This document shows positions 59,113 through 64,000 of a stretch of 64,000 bases of DNA, one piece after another. Positions within the stretch are counted from its first letter, which is position 1. The number at the start of each line of letters is the position of its first letter. Source of the DNA: Gammaproteobacteria bacterium (GTDB lineage: Bacteria; Pseudomonadota; Gammaproteobacteria; Eutrophobiales; Eutrophobiaceae); NCBI GenBank assembly GCA_965243205.1, contig CBDEUK010000001.1, forward strand, positions 320,001 to 384,000, given 5' to 3'. Made by a program: the position numbers and the translations under genes. The notes beneath the pieces were generated by a model. The model searched no databases, was not told the DNA's origin, and saw only the letters and a program-made list of their open reading frames with translations.

Positions 59113-60510
59113 ATGTTGAACAGGATTCTTCAAGCGTGTTTTTGCGTTCTATTATGTTTTTTTTCTTTTGCTACCAACGCAGCTCCAAATGTAGTTGGTA
59201 CTTTTTCAGGTACTTTAACCGGGCTTAGAGACCAATGTATTACTACAGGCTCGCCTTCTTCTAATAACGTCAACATAACTGTGACCTCACAAAATGGCGG
59301 AACCTTCAGTGGGACATTTACAGTTTCTGGACTAAATAGTGGCGGTAATGTCAACGGAAGTATTGATGCGGCAGGAGGAATCGTTGCAAACTTTGTTGGG
59401 CCGAATATTATTGCTGGACTAGGATTCACAGGAAATTTTGATGGTGCAAATCTTGTAATACCTCCTGGCGGTTTAAGTGTTGAAGACTTATCTATGAACT
59501 GTTTTGATCTGGGAGGCTCACTCAGTTTTTCCGGCGGCCAAATAATTAATCCAGAAGAAGCGCCTAGTACTAGTATTAAAGATTCAGGCACCATTCGAAC
59601 TGAAGTTCTAGGGGTCACCGCTCCTATCCAACAACATTTAGTAAAAACATTACACGGCCCCGCCAAAGGTTTGGATTTTAATAAACAAGGTTTCTTTATA
59701 GAGGGTGAAGGTGGCTTAAATGCAGGTAACTTGCAATTAGGTAATATAGGAGTTTGGGCAAGTTACAATTATCGAGATGTTGAAAATGACTTTTCACGAA
59801 CAGCATTTGAATCCACACATCATACTGGATTATTAGGGATCGATTATTCGCCAAATAAGCATTTGATTATAGGTGTTGCAATTGCTTATGAAGATTCTGA
59901 AACCGATACTACGTTCAATAATGGTGAACTCGAATCTGACGGTTATACCGTATCACCCTATATAGGTATTCTACTTGATGATAATTGGTCATTAGATGCC
60001 AGCATGGGTTTTTCATTCATAGATAACGAACAGTTCAGAATTGATCCCATAACCTCTCAAAGAGTAAATAGCTCTCCAGAAACTGATCGTTTTTTCTTTA
60101 ACGCAAATGTAAATGGGTTTAGTTATATCGATAATTGGATCCTTGGTGGTCGTTTTGGAATTCTCTATGCCAAAGTTGAAACTGAACAGTTTACTGAAAG
60201 TAATGGAAGCGTTGTAGGCGAACGCCGTACTAAATTAGGACAAATTCGTGTAGGTGGTGATATCGCATATAACTTTGGAGAATGGGAACCTTATTTAGCC
60301 GCCTTATATGAATATGATTTTCAATTCGATAAAGTTGAATTAACCGCAGGTGCTCAGCCAGCAAATGATAGAGATGATTTATTAATCTCTAGTGGTTTTC
60401 GTTTCTTTAATCGCCATGGCTTCTCCGCAAACTTTGATTATACAACTCGTGTGCTCCGAGAAGATTTTGAAGAAGATTCAATCACCGTGAATGTACGTTA
60501 CGATTTCTAA
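59113..60510 (+). CDS. Autotransporter beta-barrel protein with a short passenger (AT2)
   Basis: Signal peptide, Gly/Thr/Ser-rich beta passenger, GGLNAGN linker and a barrel ending VRYDF. Confidence 0.82.
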   Translation: MLNRILQACFCVLLCFFSFATNAAPNVVGTFSGTLTGLRDQCITTGSPSSNNVNITVTSQNGGTFSGTFTVSGLNSGGNVNGSIDAAGGIVANFVGPNIIAGLGFTGNFDGANLVIPPGGLSVEDLSMNCFDLGGSLSFSGGQIINPEEAPSTSIKDSGTIRTEVLGVTAPIQQHLVKTLHGPAKGLDFNKQGFFIEGEGGLNAGNLQLGNIGVWASYNYRDVENDFSRTAFESTHHTGLLGIDYSPNKHLIIGVAIAYEDSETDTTFNNGELESDGYTVSPYIGILLDDNWSLDASMGFSFIDNEQFRIDPITSQRVNSSPETDRFFFNANVNGFSYIDNWILGGRFGILYAKVETEQFTESNGSVVGERRTKLGQIRVGGDIAYNFGEWEPYLAALYEYDFQFDKVELTAGAQPANDRDDLLISSGFRFFNRHGFSANFDYTTRVLREDFEEDSITVNVRYDF

Positions 60511-60525
60511 ATTTCATTTTCTATC

Positions 60526-61908
60526 ATGGCAAAAACACTTTCTTTCCAACGGTTAATCGGCCAATTTATCGGATGTATATTGCTTATTACCATTCACTTA
60601 ACTGTATCTGCTCAAGTCAATTTAGTTGGTGAATACAAAGGTAGTGTCGCAGGTATTAACCAAAGTAATGGTAACGCAGTAAATCAAAGTATTATCTTAC
60701 GAATAACCAATCAAAATGGTAGCAGTTTTGATGGTAAATTTATCTTACTTCCCAGTGAATTTTCAACAAACTTTACAGGTTCATTTTCAACGAATACTAA
60801 AATTGATATTACGTGTGGCCCTAGTCCTTGTATTAGTGCATTTACAGATGGTGCTCGCATTAACATTCCAAATGGGGATATGATGCTTAGCACTCCTGCT
60901 GGAAACTTTCTTTTAGGCGGTCTCTTAAAAAGAAATAAAATCGTCAAGCCTTCTAAGGCTCCTGGCACATCATTAAAAGATGCAACCACTGTTAGATCAG
61001 AAATTCTGGGTGTTGTGACACCTATTCAACAGCATTTGGTTAAAACATTAAGAGCTGATGTCAAAACCTTTAATTTCAATCCACAAGGTTTTTTATTAGA
61101 GGGTGAATCGGGTCTTAACTCTGGAGATCTTCAACTGGGTAATCTTGGTGTTTGGTTAAGCTATAATTATCGTGATATTGAAAATGACTTTTCTGGTACA
61201 GCATTTGAGTCAACTAGCCATACCGCCATTGGTGGAGTTGACTATTCTCCAAACGATTACATAGTTTTAGGAGTTGCTATTGCCTATGAATATTCAGATA
61301 CCGATACTTTGTTTAACCAAGGTAATTTACAAACGGATGGAATAACGATCGCTCCCTATTTTGGTTTTTTATTGAATGAAACTTGGAGTTTAGATGCTAG
61401 TTTTGGTATTTCCTTAATTGAAAATGATCAGTTTAGAACCGATCCAACAACAGCCTTAAGAGTAACAAGTAATCCTGATACCGATCGTTTTTTTATGGCG
61501 ATGAATTTTAATGGTACTAGTTATATTAATAATTGGATTATTGGTGGCAGAATTGGTTACTTATTCGCTAAAAGCGTTACCGATGAATTTGTCGAGAGCG
61601 ACACATCAACTGTTGGGAAAACCAAAACCAAGCTAGGTCAAATTCGATTAGGCGCTGATGTTGCTTACAATTTCGGAAACTGGGAACCGTTTTTATCAAC
61701 AACCTATCAATACGATTACGAATTCGATAAAGTGATTTTATTAGATGACCTTCAACCTGCGAATGATAGAGATGATATTCTTTTAGCAACAGGTTTTCGA
61801 TATTACAATGACAATGGATTTACTTCGAATTTTGAATATTCAAAACGTTTATTACGTGAAGAATATAACGAAGACTCTTTAAGTTTTACACTTCGTTATG
61901 ATTTTTGA
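60526..61908 (+). CDS. Autotransporter beta-barrel protein with a short passenger (AT3, paralog of AT2)
   Basis: Linker and barrel near-identical to AT2 (PIQQHLVKTL, LQLGN.GVW.SYNYRD.ENDFS.TAFEST); ends LRYDF. Confidence 0.82.
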   Translation: MAKTLSFQRLIGQFIGCILLITIHLTVSAQVNLVGEYKGSVAGINQSNGNAVNQSIILRITNQNGSSFDGKFILLPSEFSTNFTGSFSTNTKIDITCGPSPCISAFTDGARINIPNGDMMLSTPAGNFLLGGLLKRNKIVKPSKAPGTSLKDATTVRSEILGVVTPIQQHLVKTLRADVKTFNFNPQGFLLEGESGLNSGDLQLGNLGVWLSYNYRDIENDFSGTAFESTSHTAIGGVDYSPNDYIVLGVAIAYEYSDTDTLFNQGNLQTDGITIAPYFGFLLNETWSLDASFGISLIENDQFRTDPTTALRVTSNPDTDRFFMAMNFNGTSYINNWIIGGRIGYLFAKSVTDEFVESDTSTVGKTKTKLGQIRLGADVAYNFGNWEPFLSTTYQYDYEFDKVILLDDLQPANDRDDILLATGFRYYNDNGFTSNFEYSKRLLREEYNEDSLSFTLRYDF

Positions 61909-62489
61909 TTTTGTAAATCGATCTTTTCTATCGCCCCTTGTAACTTCTGTAAACGATTAATAGGGTCGTCTATTTCTAAAATAGTTTGTTTATCGTTTAA
62001 TTCAACAGGCAATATTTCAGCTAAACGACAACCAACCCAATAAGGGTCTTGAAATTTTTCATGTTCATGTGCATACGATAATTTAAATTTTTCGACCACT
62101 TGTCTTAATAAATCTGCGAATAACTGATATTCAGGAGGTATATAATTATCTTCTTCTGTATCAATTAATTGAATATCAGCTTCACGTAATTGATTATTAC
62201 GGACTCTTTCTTCCAATATTCGAAATCGCTGTTGACCTTTAGTGGTTAATAATAAAGTACCATCATCATGACGATCCCAATCAATGATATGAGCAGTAGT
62301 ACCAATTTTATGAACAGTTGCTGCTTTACCAGTTTCATTTCCATTTAAAATTAAACAAACACCAAAATCTTTCTGTTCTTTTAAACATTCACTAACCATA
62401 TCAACGTAACGAGGCTCAAAGATTCTTAAAGGTAAAATACCTTCTGGGTACAATACTGTGTTTAATGGAAATATTGGTAAGGTAATCAT
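61896..62489 (-). CDS. LON peptidase substrate-binding (N-terminal) domain protein
   Basis: LPIFPLNTVLYPEGILPLRIFEPRYVDMV..FGVCLI and RLAEILP..KQTILE; no AAA+ or protease domain. Confidence 0.9.
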   Translation of the reverse strand: MITLPIFPLNTVLYPEGILPLRIFEPRYVDMVSECLKEQKDFGVCLILNGNETGKAATVHKIGTTAHIIDWDRHDDGTLLLTTKGQQRFRILEERVRNNQLREADIQLIDTEEDNYIPPEYQLFADLLRQVVEKFKLSYAHEHEKFQDPYWVGCRLAEILPVELNDKQTILEIDDPINRLQKLQGAIEKIDLQNQKS

Positions 62490-63844
62490 AAATTAGAAAT
62501 TTTTTCAGTTAATGTGATATGAATTCCTGAGAAACTGCCATTACTCATTATAACTATATGATCTTCAGGTTTAACAAAATTCACGACAGACTTAACTATT
62601 TCATCAATGTTGTTATGGACAGTGCATTGTTCTCCTAGACTTTCAGTTGCCTGAGTTAAATTCCATTTTACATCTGGTGATTGATATAAAAATACTCTAT
62701 CAGCATCGCTAAGAGATGGTGCTAACGTTTTACCATGTACACCTGATTTCATAGTATTTGATCTTGGCTCTAAAATAACAATGATTCTTGCATCACCGAC
62801 TTTATTTCGTAATGCATCAATGGTTAATTCTATGGCTGTAGGATGATGAGCAAAATCATCATATAAACAAATATTATTATACTCAGCTATCTTTTCTAAT
62901 CGACGTTTTACACTTTTAAATTCAGCTAACGCCTTTGATGACATTTTAGGATCTATTCCAATATGATTTGCTGCAGCAACTGCCGCAAGCGCATTTTCAG
63001 CATTATGTTTACCAATTAAGGGCCAATCTACCTTTGCTACTGTTTCATTTTGATATTGGATTTCAAACTGACTGTAATCATTGTTAGATATGGTGACTTT
63101 CCATAACCCTTGGTCAATAGAAAAAGAATCTATTGGTGTCCAACAACCTTGGTTGAGTGTTTTTGTTATATGATCACTTTTAGCATTTATTACTAATTTA
63201 CCTTGATTAGGTACAGTTCTAATTAAATGATGAAACTGAGTTTTAATTGCTTCAATATCATCAAAGATATCTGCATGATCAAATTCTAAATTATTAATGA
63301 CTAAGGTATCGGGATGATAATGAACAAATTTGGAACGTTTATCAAAAAATGCTGTGTCATATTCATCCGCTTCAATCACAAAGTATTTTGAATTTGTTAA
63401 TCTTGAAGAAACGGAAAAGTTTTCTGCAACACCACCAATTAAAAAACTTGGGTTTAACCCAGCGTATTCTAATATCCAACTTAACATTGACGTTGTGGTA
63501 GTTTTACCATGCGTACCAGAAACTGCTAGCACATGTTTATCTCGTAAAACATTTTGATATAACCATTCAGGTGCAGAACAGTATGGCAATTTATGATTGA
63601 GAATATACTCAACAATTTCATGGCCACGAGACATGGTATTACCAATCATAATGAGATCATGATCGTCCGATAAATGCTCTATCAGATAACCTTGTTGTAT
63701 CTCAACTCCTTGTTGTTCCAACATTGTACTCATGGGCGGATACACATTTTCATCGGACCCAGTCACTTCATGCCCAAGTTCACGAGCAATTAAAGCAATA
63801 CTGCCCATAAACGTCCCACAAATACCTAATATATGTAGTTTCAT
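62486..63844 (-). CDS. mpl: Murein peptide ligase
   Basis: LHILGICGTFMG, VYPPMST, GTHGKTTT, EADEYDTAFFDKRSKF, DDFAHHPTAI and MSNG. Confidence 0.96.
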   Translation of the reverse strand: MKLHILGICGTFMGSIALIARELGHEVTGSDENVYPPMSTMLEQQGVEIQQGYLIEHLSDDHDLIMIGNTMSRGHEIVEYILNHKLPYCSAPEWLYQNVLRDKHVLAVSGTHGKTTTTSMLSWILEYAGLNPSFLIGGVAENFSVSSRLTNSKYFVIEADEYDTAFFDKRSKFVHYHPDTLVINNLEFDHADIFDDIEAIKTQFHHLIRTVPNQGKLVINAKSDHITKTLNQGCWTPIDSFSIDQGLWKVTISNNDYSQFEIQYQNETVAKVDWPLIGKHNAENALAAVAAANHIGIDPKMSSKALAEFKSVKRRLEKIAEYNNICLYDDFAHHPTAIELTIDALRNKVGDARIIVILEPRSNTMKSGVHGKTLAPSLSDADRVFLYQSPDVKWNLTQATESLGEQCTVHNNIDEIVKSVVNFVKPEDHIVIMSNGSFSGIHITLTEKISNL

Positions 63845-64000
63845 GTATTTAACGCCTCAGGAATTAGCAATACCACTAATGCATTCATCAATAGATAATA
63901 CATGAGTGCAATCCCCAAACCACCGATAAAAAATATAGAAAACGCGTGTCGAAAAATATGTCCGTTAATAACTATATTCCATAACACTAGCATTGTTAAA
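63841..64000 (-). CDS. C-terminal part of a hypothetical membrane protein (5' end outside the window)
   Basis: Hand-translated ...LTMLVLWNIVINGHIFRHAFSIFFIGGLGIALMYYLLMNALVVLLIPEALNT*; its TGA overlaps the mpl ATG (ATGA). Confidence 0.6.
   Translation of the reverse strand, partial: LTMLVLWNIVINGHIFRHAFSIFFIGGLGIALMYYLLMNALVVLLIPEALNT

Noticed and set aside
59130-59666. 178-aa Pro-rich antisense ORF in AT2
   Set aside because: The Pro richness simply mirrors the Gly codons of the real passenger
1-64000. tRNA, rRNA, CRISPR, IS, prophage or DGR elements
   Set aside because: Intergenic gaps are short (about 225 bp or less) and show no cloverleaf or repeat-spacer pattern; no transposase, integrase or reverse transcriptase ORF is present

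Overview
A 64-kb, AT-rich, gene-dense stretch of a gammaproteobacterial chromosome (taxon inferred from gene content; probably aquatic or marine). I see no rRNA, tRNA, CRISPR array, integrase or transposase. Housekeeping genes include phrB, pgi, dxs, glcDEF, rng, yhdP, nudJ, mnmA, acnB, cmoAB, class I fumarase, mutS, fdxA, nth and mpl. Also present are a DUF1302-DUF1329-YCF48-MMPL/RND operon and a hopanoid operon (hpnH-hpnB-hpnM-vacJ) divergent from dxs. The most striking feature is a dense eukaryote-like signalling set. It has two paralogous Hanks kinases with C-terminal cNMP-binding domains, both with DFS in place of DFG, flanking a CBS / repeat-LysM-like / pgi cassette. It also has a CHASE2-kinase + PP2C + tandem-FHA operon convergent on a CHASE2 adenylate cyclase, preceded by an HDOD gene with a consensus sigma-28 promoter. 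Three autotransporter barrels with very short Cys-pair passengers sit near the right end. Non-coding signals read directly from the DNA include a LexA-like box at pgi, a CRP-like box before a 17-kDa lipoprotein gene, and a 22-bp palindrome between a small orphan gene and mutS. All calls come from motif recognition by eye; no database searches were run.
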